Shown here: positions 1-10,460 of the stretch, in pieces
How positions within the stretch are numbered: position 1 is the stretch's first letter
Layout: the number at the start of each line of letters is the position of its first letter
Origin: a virus
DNA: 64,000 bases
IMG/VR virus record: IMGVR_UViG_3300024518_004461
Location: 47,009-111,008 of that record
Strand: one strand, 5' to 3'
Position numbers and translations under genes: made by a program
The notes under the pieces: model-generated
Told to the model about the DNA's origin: nothing
The model's input: the letters and a program-made list of their open reading frames with translations, nothing else
Database searches by the model: none

Positions 1-3000
1 TTGTTTTTCCACACTTAGATTCTTCAAACTCTTTAATAACCGACTTCTTTATCGACTCTAAATCTAATAAGTGGGGGTCAGGGCAGTGGCACTCTTTTTG
101 TTTTAAGGTTAGTTGTGGGGTGAAATCTACAAGAGACAATATATCCCTATTGAAAAAATCTGAAGTTGCTACTTCTTTACCGGCGTCAATGAAAATATCT
201 TTAAAGGTGGAAGCATAATCTAGAGTATTGATGCTTTTCGCAATTCCCGTTCCATCGTAATATGAATCTTCAACAAATTTCTTAAAATCTGTTTTGGGAC
301 TAAAGGTAGTTGTATTCGCGAAGCCCTCTCTTATCCTCCTGACAGAGTCGATAAGAGGTGCGTTGGCATGAGAAGCATAGGTAAAAATAGTTGATGCTTG
401 CGATCCCTCTGATCTAACAGACATATTATATCTCTCAACGCTAATGTCGTCGCTGGGTACTGGATCATATGTAATTATGAAATTTGTATTAGCATTTTGA
501 GAGGCTATATGATCGGTTGATTTCCACTCATTTAGCTTAGCGGCATATTCTGCATTTGAACTATCCAACTGTGTTTTGTTGGGTATGGTAAAAATAAATT
601 TAGTATCTTGATTTTGCAAAAGAGTATTGCCTTCGGCAAAACTTTCATAGAAACCTTTTAACTCGGGGGCAATTACTTTTAGTGATCCTGACTTTGCTTG
701 TTGTAGAACATTTACTGTTCCAGGGGGCGACAATTTAGGGTCCGATTGCTTTGGTGCCTCCGGCGCATCTGGAATTTCTGTGGGAGCTTCGATCTCAACT
801 GTAATTGCATCTGGAAAACTGCGAACTTCTTTATTGAAGCTCATATAGGTTCCATCATAGATCACATCCACTGTCTTCTTTAAAAGATAATCATTTATTG
901 GTGGTTCTTTTGGAGCAAGAGATGGTTTTTTTCTACCCGATGGAGTAAGGGTACAATCATCTTCAGGGATGACACCATCCATCAATTTATCTTGAGCCAA
1001 TAAGTCAGCGAGTTCGGCAAACTTCTTCTTTTTTCTTTTCTTTGTGCGGGCTAATTGTTTTACAATCTCATCTTCAGGGATGCCTTTTTTTCTAAGTTCA
1101 TTTCTTTCATATACTTCTTGAGGCGGATCACAAGCAACTAATAATTCTTTATCGGGATTTGAAGGAAGTGTTTGCTTTGTTAGTTCGGATATCTTTTCAG
1201 TTAGGAGCACTTTATCCACCATAGTTCCAACATTAGAAAATAGGCGATTAATCTGCGCATCGGATTGCAAAGCGGGCGCAATTTGTGTATATCTAGAATC
1301 GGAATTGATTATATTCTGGATCGCTCCCAAAACATTACCGGGAGATTCGCCCAATAATAAGCCACCCGTTTGGCCAGGCTTTAGGATTTCTGATACATTA
1401 TCTATTAAGTTTTCTAATGAGTTTGTGACTTGTGCGAATGGAACGTCAGTGGGTAATACGTCCTTTAGACCTCCTACAACTGAATTTTTTAGTTCTTGCA
1501 TTTTCTCTGGCGAAAATGATGATTTAGCACTTTCACCAATTAGATTTCCTATATCTAAATCTCCAATCTTTCCTTGCTCGCAAGATTCACACACTGCTTT
1601 GATGGTGCTCTTCAAAAGAGACAAGGTAGCTTGAGATATAGCTTCCATGATAGTGTCGGCGATGCCAGTAGAAATACTCGCCAATAAATCAACCGTAGGT
1701 GACAAGTCTAAATCAATAGTTGGTAATTCAGGTAATTCTCCGATAGGAACCATTTGAAAATTATCAAAATTCATAAGATCAAGTGAGAAATCTGGTATGT
1801 CAATGCCTAACCCATCCTTTACAATTTTCAATAACTTTTCATATAAACTTCCTGCAACATCAGATACATTATCGGCTATGTTGCTTACCAAATCAGTAAA
1901 ATCAATATTTCCTAATTTTCGGAAAATCATTTTCACTTCTTCGCAATCAAGATCACTCAAATTGATACCACTCAATTGTTGTATGTCAAAGTTGCGACTG
2001 TCAAAGTTAATTCCCTGAAGTGTTGTGAAGATATCAGCCATTTGCGAAAGTTTATTTTTTGCTGGTAACAAATTAAAATCTATATCCACTCCAAAGTCAA
2101 TAGAGTCTATTTGTGAAGTATCTAGTGTTGATAAAATTTGAAAAGGCGTAATCAACTTCGACCAGTCTATACCACCCATCAAACTCCACTTTATGTCTGG
2201 TATATTTTGTATATCCTGTGAAAAATCTATACTCCACAATTGCCTCCAAGTGATGGGGGCTCCAACGCCAGGATTAAAATTCAGTTCACAAATATTATTA
2301 AAAATATTACTTAATTGACTAAAATCAATATTCTTGAGATTGCTTATTATATCCAGAAAGGAAGTGTCTAAATCTAGTGAGACGGACAAACTACCAATAT
2401 CATCTAAATTTATTTGGTTAAGTATTTCAACTACTTGATCAAGAATATCTCCTTTGTCTTGGTCGCATACAGCATAAAGCAAAATATCAAAAAGATTTTG
2501 TCTCTCAAAAAAGGAAACAAGATCTTGAGGACTCCATTGTTCTATAACATCCACGATGTCTTCGATCTGCTGTGGCATTTTTATACTAGTGCTAGTGATT
2601 GTACTCGATGAAGACTCAACGCCAATATAATTGGTTGCTAAATTTATTTCAGGAGTCTTTAGGATCAAATTTAATTGGCTAGCCGGTAAAGCAGATATAA
2701 CCGTTCGGGCTTGACTCTTTAGTAAATTTGCTATCTTATCAATTTTCCAGAATTCAGTTATATTAGGTCCACGCTCAATGCCTGTCATATCAATTACAGT
2801 ATCTATAAGGCTCAAAAACATATTACAGTCTAACTGTTTTATGAAAGCCATTAACATGACTTCCTTCAAGTCAAGAATTGGCAAATCTATTCCAGCGCAT
2901 TGTGCTGCTTTTTTAATCAAACCCCGCAGACCATATTTATTTAAAATCTCTTGATAGGCTTGAGGTAATGTTTGAATTAGGTCTATGTCGCCACAGGGAC

Positions 3001-3892
3001 CAGGCTCGCCAGATGATCGCGAACTATCAGGGTCATCATCCGATAATTCACCGGGAGGCAAAAGTGGTTCACTTGACGGGTTTTTCTTTGGACCAATAGT
3101 GCTTCCAACAAATTTGGCATCACCTTTATTTTGATTGGAGGCACACTCTCGAATAGTGCAATTCTCATTAAGTTCTTTATCTTCCCAATCTTTATATGTT
3201 TGAGAAACTATCGCATCAACTTTCACATCCGGTAAAGGACACAAAAGAAGTGAGTTTTTCATATCTGGAATACCAGTTGCTTTTGATATTGCAGCGCAAC
3301 CGGAAGGTCCGGTCGCGGTTGGGGGTGGTCCTTGTCTTGGGGGTGACGGCTCGCCTTCTTTTATTTCGTCAATTTCATCTTCAGGTGTATCTTCATCATC
3401 ACACTCACAACAATCATCTTTTGGTTTTTCTGGTATTGGTTTTTCAAGACCTAGTACAATCTTTAAAACCTTCTTTATATCTGTGCTTGCAAAACTCGGT
3501 AACTCCAACAAAGATAAGACTTCATCAAAAGATATGCGGAAAAGAATAGCATTTTTAAAAGCATCCGTAGAAGCAATATTTTTATCTTCTACTGTTATTT
3601 TATCTAGGATGTCTACTACTTGAGAAAACTTTTCTAATGCCTCTGATTCTATATTTTCAACAAATAAATTCTGTAAAATAGAGTTGGCGGCACGAATGGT
3701 GTCGATGCCTAAAGTTTCGCTCTGAACTAATTCTTTTCCTGTCTTTCCTTGTAAGTTGGTTACAACAGAATCAGAAGTCAATACAGATGAATAAAAAAAT
3801 CCACCACCACCTTGATTAGTGTTAGTTTGCGAACCCCATACCGTTTCTTCGCTTTCCCATTTTGGGGTTATTTTTTGGATTATCTCTGACAT
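1..3892 (-). CDS. Very large (>1290 aa) putative virion/baseplate-region protein, truncated by the window start
   Basis: ATG at 3892 lies just after the upstream stop (MSEIIQKITPKW...). The frame is open where I translated it by hand. It is missing from the ORF track, consistent with no stop inside the window. Confidence 0.7.
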   Translation of the reverse strand, partial: MSEIIQKITPKWESEETVWGSQTNTNQGGGGFFYSSVLTSDSVVTNLQGKTGKELVQSETLGIDTIRAANSILQNLFVENIESEALEKFSQVVDILDKITVEDKNIASTDAFKNAILFRISFDEVLSLLELPSFASTDIKKVLKIVLGLEKPIPEKPKDDCCECDDEDTPEDEIDEIKEGEPSPPRQGPPPTATGPSGCAAISKATGIPDMKNSLLLCPLPDVKVDAIVSQTYKDWEDKELNENCTIRECASNQNKGDAKFVGSTIGPKKNPSSEPLLPPGELSDDDPDSSRSSGEPGPCGDIDLIQTLPQAYQEILNKYGLRGLIKKAAQCAGIDLPILDLKEVMLMAFIKQLDCNMFLSLIDTVIDMTGIERGPNITEFWKIDKIANLLKSQARTVISALPASQLNLILKTPEINLATNYIGVESSSSTITSTSIKMPQQIEDIVDVIEQWSPQDLVSFFERQNLFDILLYAVCDQDKGDILDQVVEILNQINLDDIGSLSVSLDLDTSFLDIISNLKNIDFSQLSNIFNNICELNFNPGVGAPITWRQLWSIDFSQDIQNIPDIKWSLMGGIDWSKLITPFQILSTLDTSQIDSIDFGVDIDFNLLPAKNKLSQMADIFTTLQGINFDSRNFDIQQLSGINLSDLDCEEVKMIFRKLGNIDFTDLVSNIADNVSDVAGSLYEKLLKIVKDGLGIDIPDFSLDLMNFDNFQMVPIGELPELPTIDLDLSPTVDLLASISTGIADTIMEAISQATLSLLKSTIKAVCESCEQGKIGDLDIGNLIGESAKSSFSPEKMQELKNSVVGGLKDVLPTDVPFAQVTNSLENLIDNVSEILKPGQTGGLLLGESPGNVLGAIQNIINSDSRYTQIAPALQSDAQINRLFSNVGTMVDKVLLTEKISELTKQTLPSNPDKELLVACDPPQEVYERNELRKKGIPEDEIVKQLARTKKRKKKKFAELADLLAQDKLMDGVIPEDDCTLTPSGRKKPSLAPKEPPINDYLLKKTVDVIYDGTYMSFNKEVRSFPDAITVEIEAPTEIPDAPEAPKQSDPKLSPPGTVNVLQQAKSGSLKVIAPELKGFYESFAEGNTLLQNQDTKFIFTIPNKTQLDSSNAEYAAKLNEWKSTDHIASQNANTNFIITYDPVPSDDISVERYNMSVRSEGSQASTIFTYASHANAPLIDSVRRIREGFANTTTFSPKTDFKKFVEDSYYDGTGIAKSINTLDYASTFKDIFIDAGKEVATSDFFNRDILSLVDFTPQLTLKQKECHCPDPHLLDLESIKKSVIKEFEESKCGKT

Positions 3893-3893
3893 C

Positions 3894-4841
3894 TTAATTC
3901 AAATAATGATAACGACTGAAAATTGCTCGCGCTCCTGTAACACATAAGTAATTGGTTTTTATTTTTTCTATATTTTGCTTTTGTGTAACTAGACCTGCTT
4001 TGGCATTTTGTAAATGATCGACTGCTGTTTTTGCTCCTCTGGCTTGTACCGGAGGAGAGGGCGTCGTGGCTAAACCATGAAATGGGGAAAAGTGAAAATG
4101 ATGAGAAACTTCTGCATTCATTAGCATTTGTGCGGATAATAAAGAATCCACAATTCCATTCAACGCACTTACCTGATCTGCCAAGGCTCTGCCCATATCG
4201 GCGACTTGATTTCCTAAGACCATAGGGTGCATATTGCTGTCATCATCTCCAGCGATCATACTTACTCCCTCAACACCATCTATTGTTCCTCCTTGAGAAT
4301 TACGAACATCAGTACGAGTCACCAACTTAATTCCCTCACGCGCTATAATTCTAACACCATCAGCCTTTAGTGCAATTGCAGATTTACCGTCCGAATCTGT
4401 AGACTGATTTCCCCCGGCAAGTCTAAAATTTCGATCTATATCGGTTTTTTGGCTTATGTATATTCGGGCAGCATCGTGTTCAAATGAAGGATTCACATAG
4501 GCTCTTTCATTCCCAATGAAAGAACGAGCTTGAAATCCCCACCGACCAACAACAATATCAATAGATCCGGCTTGAGTATGACCAGCGCCGCCATACCCAC
4601 TAAGACGGGTTGAGGGTCGATCCCTACCTAAAACAATACTGGTGTTGTTTGATCCCTCAATTACTTTTTCAGAATTTGTAGGAATTAGGGTAGGAACGCC
4701 CTCGGTTAATGGATCACCAGCAATACCTTGAGCGCGAATTGTAGAGTCTTTTCCTAACGATTCTAATCGTTCTTTTACACTTGGCTGAATTTCATTTCGC
4801 CCTGATTTTGAAACTGATTTATTCCAATTACTTTCGGTCAT
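3894..4841 (-). CDS. Putative baseplate spike/hub protein (gp5 C-terminal-like)
   Basis: Beta-rich repeats (RIIAREGIKLVT), an HxH motif (HFH) near the C-terminus as in phage spike tips, and position next to a gp5-like lysin. Confidence 0.55.
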   Translation of the reverse strand: MTESNWNKSVSKSGRNEIQPSVKERLESLGKDSTIRAQGIAGDPLTEGVPTLIPTNSEKVIEGSNNTSIVLGRDRPSTRLSGYGGAGHTQAGSIDIVVGRWGFQARSFIGNERAYVNPSFEHDAARIYISQKTDIDRNFRLAGGNQSTDSDGKSAIALKADGVRIIAREGIKLVTRTDVRNSQGGTIDGVEGVSMIAGDDDSNMHPMVLGNQVADMGRALADQVSALNGIVDSLLSAQMLMNAEVSHHFHFSPFHGLATTPSPPVQARGAKTAVDHLQNAKAGLVTQKQNIEKIKTNYLCVTGARAIFSRYHYLN

Positions 4842-4846
4842 TTCTT

Positions 4847-6904
4847 TTATACTCCTCCACTTCTTATTTGTGCTAAATTAGCTCTCTTTGTTGGTTCGTG
4901 TTGCCAATGCCAATGTTCTATTTTAATTTGACGAAATCCATATTTTCCGCCATTCTTGTTTAGCCATTCCCACACATCCCCCTGGCCTGTACTTACTTTT
5001 GTTCTGCGGCGAATTGCTTTATCGTTTGGAATACCTTTTGTATTTAAATCAAGAGCCACACCACTTTGATGGTTTGAGAAACCTGGCTTTGCCGCCTTGT
5101 TTCCTGTCCCATTTAAGTATTTACAATAAAAATATTCCTGTTCTTCTGGAAGGCGGAAGGCACTATTGATTTTAATATTCACTCCCACCCGTTTTGCATC
5201 AGACTGCATTCGTAAAAATGCTTGCGCTACTCGCGCATCCAAAATATGCTTTCCAATATATTGTGCTTCGAAGTTGTATTCCTTTCCTCTTATTATTCCT
5301 TTTTGAGTCCAGGTGCCACTCGATGTTGGAGTTGGTCGCGAAGGTCTTACACACAAGCCATCTGATTGACCCGGAACATTCGAAGGAATAGAACTGTCCG
5401 AACAAATCGTATCGCCGGTAGTAGAAGACGCATTTGTAATAGTATCTGGAGACGATGTGGGACCAGCAGATGTGTTTGAAAACCTTTCATATGCCTTTTT
5501 TAATTTGGGAGAATAAGAGCTAACTTGAGCACTGCCATTATAAATTCTAACAACCGCATCGAAATTTGGTGGAGAATAAGTAAATGCTTTGCGCTTCCTC
5601 GACGACCTGAAAGCATCTTTGAACCACTGAACAATCATAAGATCACCAGAAGTAATAGGATCGGCATCATATCCCGCAAGAGCTTCTGAAGGATTGTCTC
5701 CGTAAGCTCGAAGGAGTGCCCATCCCATTACCTGATAACTTCCCCATGAAGTTGATTTTATCGCTTGAACTGGATCTAGGTTGTATGCCCGATCAAACGC
5801 GGCACGATTCGTATGAGATTTTTTCTTATCAATAAAAAAATCCCTCCCACTTGATCCTTTTTTTTTATTCTTTGGGTGCGATGCCCATTCTTCTTTAGAA
5901 CGAGTATTGTATTTAGAGCTATAGGGCACTTTTTTGCTTCCGGTATAGTTAGGTCCGCCATATAAACTAGGCTTAGACCCCTTATCACCCGTTACAATGG
6001 CGGGGCCACGCATACCCAAAAAAACATGAGGTTCAAATCTAACCGTATTTTTTGTGGGAGTTCTACCTGAACTTTCAACTTCCATAAATGCGTATAATAG
6101 TGAAACTGGAACCCCAATGCCGGTTTCTGATTTTATCAAAGAAGCTACATTTTGTGCGCGGGCTAATTTAGAATCACCAGCGGAAGATGGTGATAATCGT
6201 CCGCCTGGTGAAGCGGCAGAGAGGTAGCCACCGGATGAAGCTTCACATCCTCTTATAAACGGTGCGTTAGTTGGTGGCGTAGTAGAGCTTCCGTTGCCGC
6301 GAAGTCCATTAGAGGCACCAAACGCACTTGAACCGTCATTACTCTGGTCTGGATCATAAATGCCATTTTTAGTTGGATTAGTTGTTCCCGCAGTTCCAGC
6401 ACCATCGGCAAACTTCTTGATGTATACAGGTTGTGTTAAGTTGTTTTTATCCGCAAAATCTACAATCACAATATCTCCTACAGAAATATTTTCCTTACTT
6501 GCGGCTTCATCGTTGGCAGTAAAAGTCGGATACAGATCAATGATGCCTTGGTGTGGACCCTTCGGCACATCCCCATATAAAGCAGGTTCGGGGAGGGCTG
6601 AATGAATTTCTGGTATCCTGACTTTAAGTTGCTTGAGTGGCTTCGTAATCATCCCCTTCAGGGAAGACCAAATACTGTTGGCAGAATTATCATGCCCTGG
6701 TTCAACTCTCAAAACAATTCCCTTAAGTTGTCCAACATTTTCAAATACTTTATTATTATACTGATCTTTGAGAACGTTGCGTAATGCGCCCATGACTGTG
6801 GTGTCAGTAGGATCGTATGTTATTGCCGTATTTGGTTTTTCTATTTGATTTAGATCACCGAATCCCGGTCGAAGGCGTGTGTTCTTTGGTTTAGGGTCCG
6901 CCAC
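4847..6904 (-). CDS. Virion-associated peptidoglycan hydrolase: gp5-like OB domain + N-acetylmuramidase (DUF3380-like) + M15B/VanY peptidase
   Basis: N-terminal KVRIPEIH..VGDIVIVDF. Muramidase motifs EVESSG..RFEPHVF..TSWGSYQVMG..YNG. M15 motifs SAFR..SNHQSGVALD..EHWHW. Confidence 0.8.
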   Translation of the reverse strand: MADPKPKNTRLRPGFGDLNQIEKPNTAITYDPTDTTVMGALRNVLKDQYNNKVFENVGQLKGIVLRVEPGHDNSANSIWSSLKGMITKPLKQLKVRIPEIHSALPEPALYGDVPKGPHQGIIDLYPTFTANDEAASKENISVGDIVIVDFADKNNLTQPVYIKKFADGAGTAGTTNPTKNGIYDPDQSNDGSSAFGASNGLRGNGSSTTPPTNAPFIRGCEASSGGYLSAASPGGRLSPSSAGDSKLARAQNVASLIKSETGIGVPVSLLYAFMEVESSGRTPTKNTVRFEPHVFLGMRGPAIVTGDKGSKPSLYGGPNYTGSKKVPYSSKYNTRSKEEWASHPKNKKKGSSGRDFFIDKKKSHTNRAAFDRAYNLDPVQAIKSTSWGSYQVMGWALLRAYGDNPSEALAGYDADPITSGDLMIVQWFKDAFRSSRKRKAFTYSPPNFDAVVRIYNGSAQVSSYSPKLKKAYERFSNTSAGPTSSPDTITNASSTTGDTICSDSSIPSNVPGQSDGLCVRPSRPTPTSSGTWTQKGIIRGKEYNFEAQYIGKHILDARVAQAFLRMQSDAKRVGVNIKINSAFRLPEEQEYFYCKYLNGTGNKAAKPGFSNHQSGVALDLNTKGIPNDKAIRRRTKVSTGQGDVWEWLNKNGGKYGFRQIKIEHWHWQHEPTKRANLAQIRSGGV

Positions 6905-6906
6905 AT

Positions 6907-7212
6907 TTATTCACCTAGATTGTTGAGTTCGTTAAAAATTTCATCGCGTTCTTCAGAAGACAAGCCCGTATCGTCCTTTTCACTTTTTTGTTTTAGTCCA
7001 GCAATTTTAACCAATTGCTCGTTTGAGCGTTGTAAAGTTTCAACATACTTCGCTGCGGTTACACCAACATCACGATGACGATCTTCGGAAGCAGCAATAT
7101 ATTTTACCAAGTCTTTTAAGAGTTCTTTTGTTTGTTCTCTGTCTTCTCTGATATTGTCAATCGCTTCGCTAGTAAGTGTATCAAAATCTGTTTTTGTCTT
7201 TACTCGTTCCAT
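6907..7212 (-). CDS. Hypothetical coiled-coil protein
   Basis: 101-aa helical ORF coupled to both neighbours. Confidence 0.7.
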   Translation of the reverse strand: MERVKTKTDFDTLTSEAIDNIREDREQTKELLKDLVKYIAASEDRHRDVGVTAAKYVETLQRSNEQLVKIAGLKQKSEKDDTGLSSEERDEIFNELNNLGE

Positions 7213-7883
7213 CTTTTTTTAAAATTAGAATAATCACTTCTAAAGCGCTGAAGGCTATTGAGAACCTGCTTCGTGTTTAGATTTGTGATTTCTCTAATGT
7301 ATAAATAAATAGCCTTCTTATTGAAAATTTCAATCACATCTGGTTCAGCGAGCAAGATCTTAATTGCTTTCAAAACCTTGACTTCGTTTTCTTTCAGATT
7401 TTGTTTTTCCCACCTATAGATCTCTTTCCATAGATGTTCCATATATTCTCTCCATTCCCTGACCTCATCGTAATCATTATATACAGCTAGGTGCCTGGAC
7501 TCTGCATTTTTGGATATATCTTCATATGCTGATTCTCTACGAAGTTGGATCGCTGTTTTTTTGACTTTGGCAATAAACCAGTTCTTTGTTATAACACTGA
7601 AATAGGAAAACGCTTTAGATCCTTTAGTGGCATCAAAATTACTCAATATGGTTATAAGATGGATTTCACACTCATCTTTCAGCATGGATACATTAGGTAG
7701 GTTGGTAAACTTATATGTAAAAACAATTTTGTTTATCATTTCTAGAAAAACAGGTCGAATCACATCACGATAAACAGTATTCCGATATTTCATATTATCT
7801 GAAGCGATATAGTCCAAAATTGCCTTCTCATGAACAATGGTAAAATATTTTTTACTTTTACGCTTCGAGTTCTTCTTCGTCAC
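7200..7883 (-). CDS. Phage sigma-factor-like protein (T4 gp55 late sigma-like)
   Basis: NFDATKGSKAFSYFSVITKNWF resembles the region-2 motif of gp55-type sigmas (NFDPEKSKNPFAYFTQI). Confidence 0.6.
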   Translation of the reverse strand: MTKKNSKRKSKKYFTIVHEKAILDYIASDNMKYRNTVYRDVIRPVFLEMINKIVFTYKFTNLPNVSMLKDECEIHLITILSNFDATKGSKAFSYFSVITKNWFIAKVKKTAIQLRRESAYEDISKNAESRHLAVYNDYDEVREWREYMEHLWKEIYRWEKQNLKENEVKVLKAIKILLAEPDVIEIFNKKAIYLYIREITNLNTKQVLNSLQRFRSDYSNFKKRWNE

Positions 7884-8220
7884 TTTCCATATCCTCCGAT
7901 GCCTGAAGTAATTGTTGCTCTAGTTCTGGCTGTGTAAAGGAATAAATTTCTTCATACCCTTTGAGATATTCTATCATCTCGTTTGTGTGGTCGAGGAGGG
8001 ACTTTAGTGTTTCATCACCATAAAAGGTCGGCATTTCATAAACAGAATTTAAGTGTTCTCTGAACGCATCCATCAAGCTAAAAATTTCAGTGCTTGCTTC
8101 GGCGGCATTATAAACCGTCTCGATCTTCACCAAGGTATTTTTAGCATAGCCAAACATAAAAATATTAATGAGAACAGAAATTCCCGCAAATACCGAAAGA
8201 GAAATTATCACATAACTCAT
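7858..8220 (-). CDS. Hypothetical membrane-anchored protein
   Basis: N-terminal hydrophobic helix and acidic tail. Confidence 0.65.
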   Translation of the reverse strand: MSYVIISLSVFAGISVLINIFMFGYAKNTLVKIETVYNAAEASTEIFSLMDAFREHLNSVYEMPTFYGDETLKSLLDHTNEMIEYLKGYEEIYSFTQPELEQQLLQASEDMESDEEELEA

Positions 8221-8483
8221 TTTTTATACCTCCTGGTTTTCAAGTCAGATTGATCCTGCTTCAGTTCTTCTTTCGCTTCAGCGATGGCACTCTCAACAAC
8301 GCTTCCAGCTTTAGAATCTCCACGAATTTTAGAATCTTTTTGGGCTATAAAGATCTCGCTTGGTATGCGGGCGATATAACCATCTTCTCCACAATTTTTA
8401 CAAATTGTATAAGTTTCATGCAAGGAGTGGAAAATCTCAAAATGTGAATCGCACTCGCTACAATTATAAGAATACCTAGGCAA
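8217..8483 (-). CDS. FmdB-family zinc ribbon protein
   Basis: MPRYSYNCSEC...CKNCG matches the MPxYxYxCxxC..CxxCG pattern. Confidence 0.8.
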   Translation of the reverse strand: MPRYSYNCSECDSHFEIFHSLHETYTICKNCGEDGYIARIPSEIFIAQKDSKIRGDSKAGSVVESAIAEAKEELKQDQSDLKTRRYKK

Positions 8484-8667
8484 CTGTTTCCTGTTCTGGT
8501 TCTTTCACTTCTAGTATGGGTGGATTCTCTACAATCAGTCCATCGGCTGTACTTACCAAAACAAATTCTTTTAACATACCTGTTATGTCCGTCTGTTCCA
8601 TTAAGCCTTTTTGCAAAGCCATCATTAGGGCCCCGATTGCTTGATTAGATAATTTATAGTTTGTCAT
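8476..8667 (-). CDS. Hypothetical protein
   Basis: 63-aa ORF with GGAG SD. Confidence 0.65.
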   Translation of the reverse strand: MTNYKLSNQAIGALMMALQKGLMEQTDITGMLKEFVLVSTADGLIVENPPILEVKEPEQETVA

Positions 8668-8676
8668 GTATTCTCC

Positions 8677-9711
8677 TTATGTTTCATTAACATATAATAG
8701 ATTCTTGATTCTTTCTGGTTCCCAAAAACCTTTATACCATAGTTTATCACTTAACTGATCTTTTTTTAAATCTTCTTTCATTGTGTTAAGAATGAGATTT
8801 TCATAATGGTATAAATATAATTCTTTGCCGTAGTACATCACACGTCGATCTTGTTCGTTTGCTCTTAGGCACAAATCAACATCCTGATATGAGGCTTTAA
8901 GAGATGGGCAAAAGCCCCCGGTTTTTATATACCATTCTGCATCTATAATCAAGAAGGCACCCGTTATAAACAACTCGCCTTTGTTGCAATTTACTTTTGG
9001 ATCATCCTTGGGATAGCCGCGAAACATGTGTAAGGCAAATAACCCAACCTCGTTTGGTCTTGGTCCAAACATAGAACCGGCATATTGAACCTTGTCTGCT
9101 CTATCGGGCTTGTGATATAAAAAATCTTTGGTAGGATAAAGGAGCTTGGTTCCTGTGATTGTATTTTTGTTTTCAGTGTGCTTCTTATAAAGTATTGGCA
9201 ACATCTCTGGATTATTTGTCCATAGATCTGAACTCCACAAAATAATATCTTTTAGGTTTGGTGATTTCGTTTTCAGGGCGTGAGTTGCGAGATTGTGCAG
9301 CATTGAAAAATTAAATTGATTTGCGGTGTTATCTACCCGCATATATGAACAGTCGCTTTCAAGAGCAATCGCCTTAATGTGTTCTGTCTCTGAACGATCA
9401 TCAATTATTAATACGTTTGCAAAATCAAAAATCTTGTTCTGCTTCATATTATTCAAAGTAAATTGCAAAAGTTCTGCATTGTCCTTTATGCAAAGAAGTA
9501 TATGTGGTTTTTTATAATCGGTAGTTTCGGCTTCAATAAATTGGCACTTATATTCATTAGAAGTCGTCTTTAGATTATACGAATTAGAATAGAAGCTTTT
9601 TACCACGTCATCTTCTGATTGTGTTACGGTGAATTTGGATGGATTAATTTTCTTTTTAAAATTGTATACGTGTGTGTGATTATTCATTTTTATAACACCA
9701 TATATTTCCAC
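8677..9711 (-). CDS. Glycosyltransferase family 2
   Basis: IIDDRS, FNFS..HN, ITGAFLII and YQDVDLCLR motifs. Confidence 0.85.
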   Translation of the reverse strand: MEIYGVIKMNNHTHVYNFKKKINPSKFTVTQSEDDVVKSFYSNSYNLKTTSNEYKCQFIEAETTDYKKPHILLCIKDNAELLQFTLNNMKQNKIFDFANVLIIDDRSETEHIKAIALESDCSYMRVDNTANQFNFSMLHNLATHALKTKSPNLKDIILWSSDLWTNNPEMLPILYKKHTENKNTITGTKLLYPTKDFLYHKPDRADKVQYAGSMFGPRPNEVGLFALHMFRGYPKDDPKVNCNKGELFITGAFLIIDAEWYIKTGGFCPSLKASYQDVDLCLRANEQDRRVMYYGKELYLYHYENLILNTMKEDLKKDQLSDKLWYKGFWEPERIKNLLYVNET

Positions 9712-10460
9712 TTATTTTTAGGATTAGGGATGGAGTCTTGACCAATATTATCCCATTCTCCACGAAGGAGTTTGTTCTTTATTAAAGGATATCCATCATT
9801 GATTAATTCCTCCCAGTATGTTACATGCATATTTAGAAATTTATTTTTCATGGGTTTCCAGTTTTTTATAGAATAACGAGCGCCAACTTTGAGATTATAC
9901 TGTTGCATAAAATATGTAAGACCATATTCGCAATTTACAATTATTTTACTTCTCAATTCCACATTTGATTCTTTCATAAATTTTTTTTCAAATTCTATCT
10001 TATTGAAGAACGCAGGTAAAAGAGATAGTGCGCGTTTCTCAAAAACCAAGAAATGACTTTGAACATGATAGGAATGTATATCTTTGACCTGTGGATGTCT
10101 TTGTTGCGAATCGGTCAATCCCCATATATCTAATTTTGATTTATTTCCCCAGTTAAATATTTTATCAAATTTTCCAACAAGTGAGTTGCTATCGTTCACA
10201 AGGGCAATTCTATTATATTGATTTAGATCAATACTTTTCAAAACCTTATAAAATTGCCCGAAATCATATCCCTCATTTTTATATGATCTAAATGTATAGG
10301 GGAGGTCTATATATCCCCGATAGTTCGTGGTTACTATTGTCTCAGAGAAATATTGACTTATTTCTTTAAGATATGATTCAGTGGACAAAGGTATGAACCC
10401 TTGGGCATAAAGAGGAAATATTAATAGGGTCTTGTTTTTCATCACGGCTCTATCATCCAC
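9690..10460 (-). CDS. RgpF-like (rhamnan synthesis) protein
   Basis: NEGYDFG, NDS, WGLTDS and HVQSHFLVF motifs. Confidence 0.7.
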   Translation of the reverse strand: MDDRAVMKNKTLLIFPLYAQGFIPLSTESYLKEISQYFSETIVTTNYRGYIDLPYTFRSYKNEGYDFGQFYKVLKSIDLNQYNRIALVNDSNSLVGKFDKIFNWGNKSKLDIWGLTDSQQRHPQVKDIHSYHVQSHFLVFEKRALSLLPAFFNKIEFEKKFMKESNVELRSKIIVNCEYGLTYFMQQYNLKVGARYSIKNWKPMKNKFLNMHVTYWEELINDGYPLIKNKLLRGEWDNIGQDSIPNPKNKWKYMVL

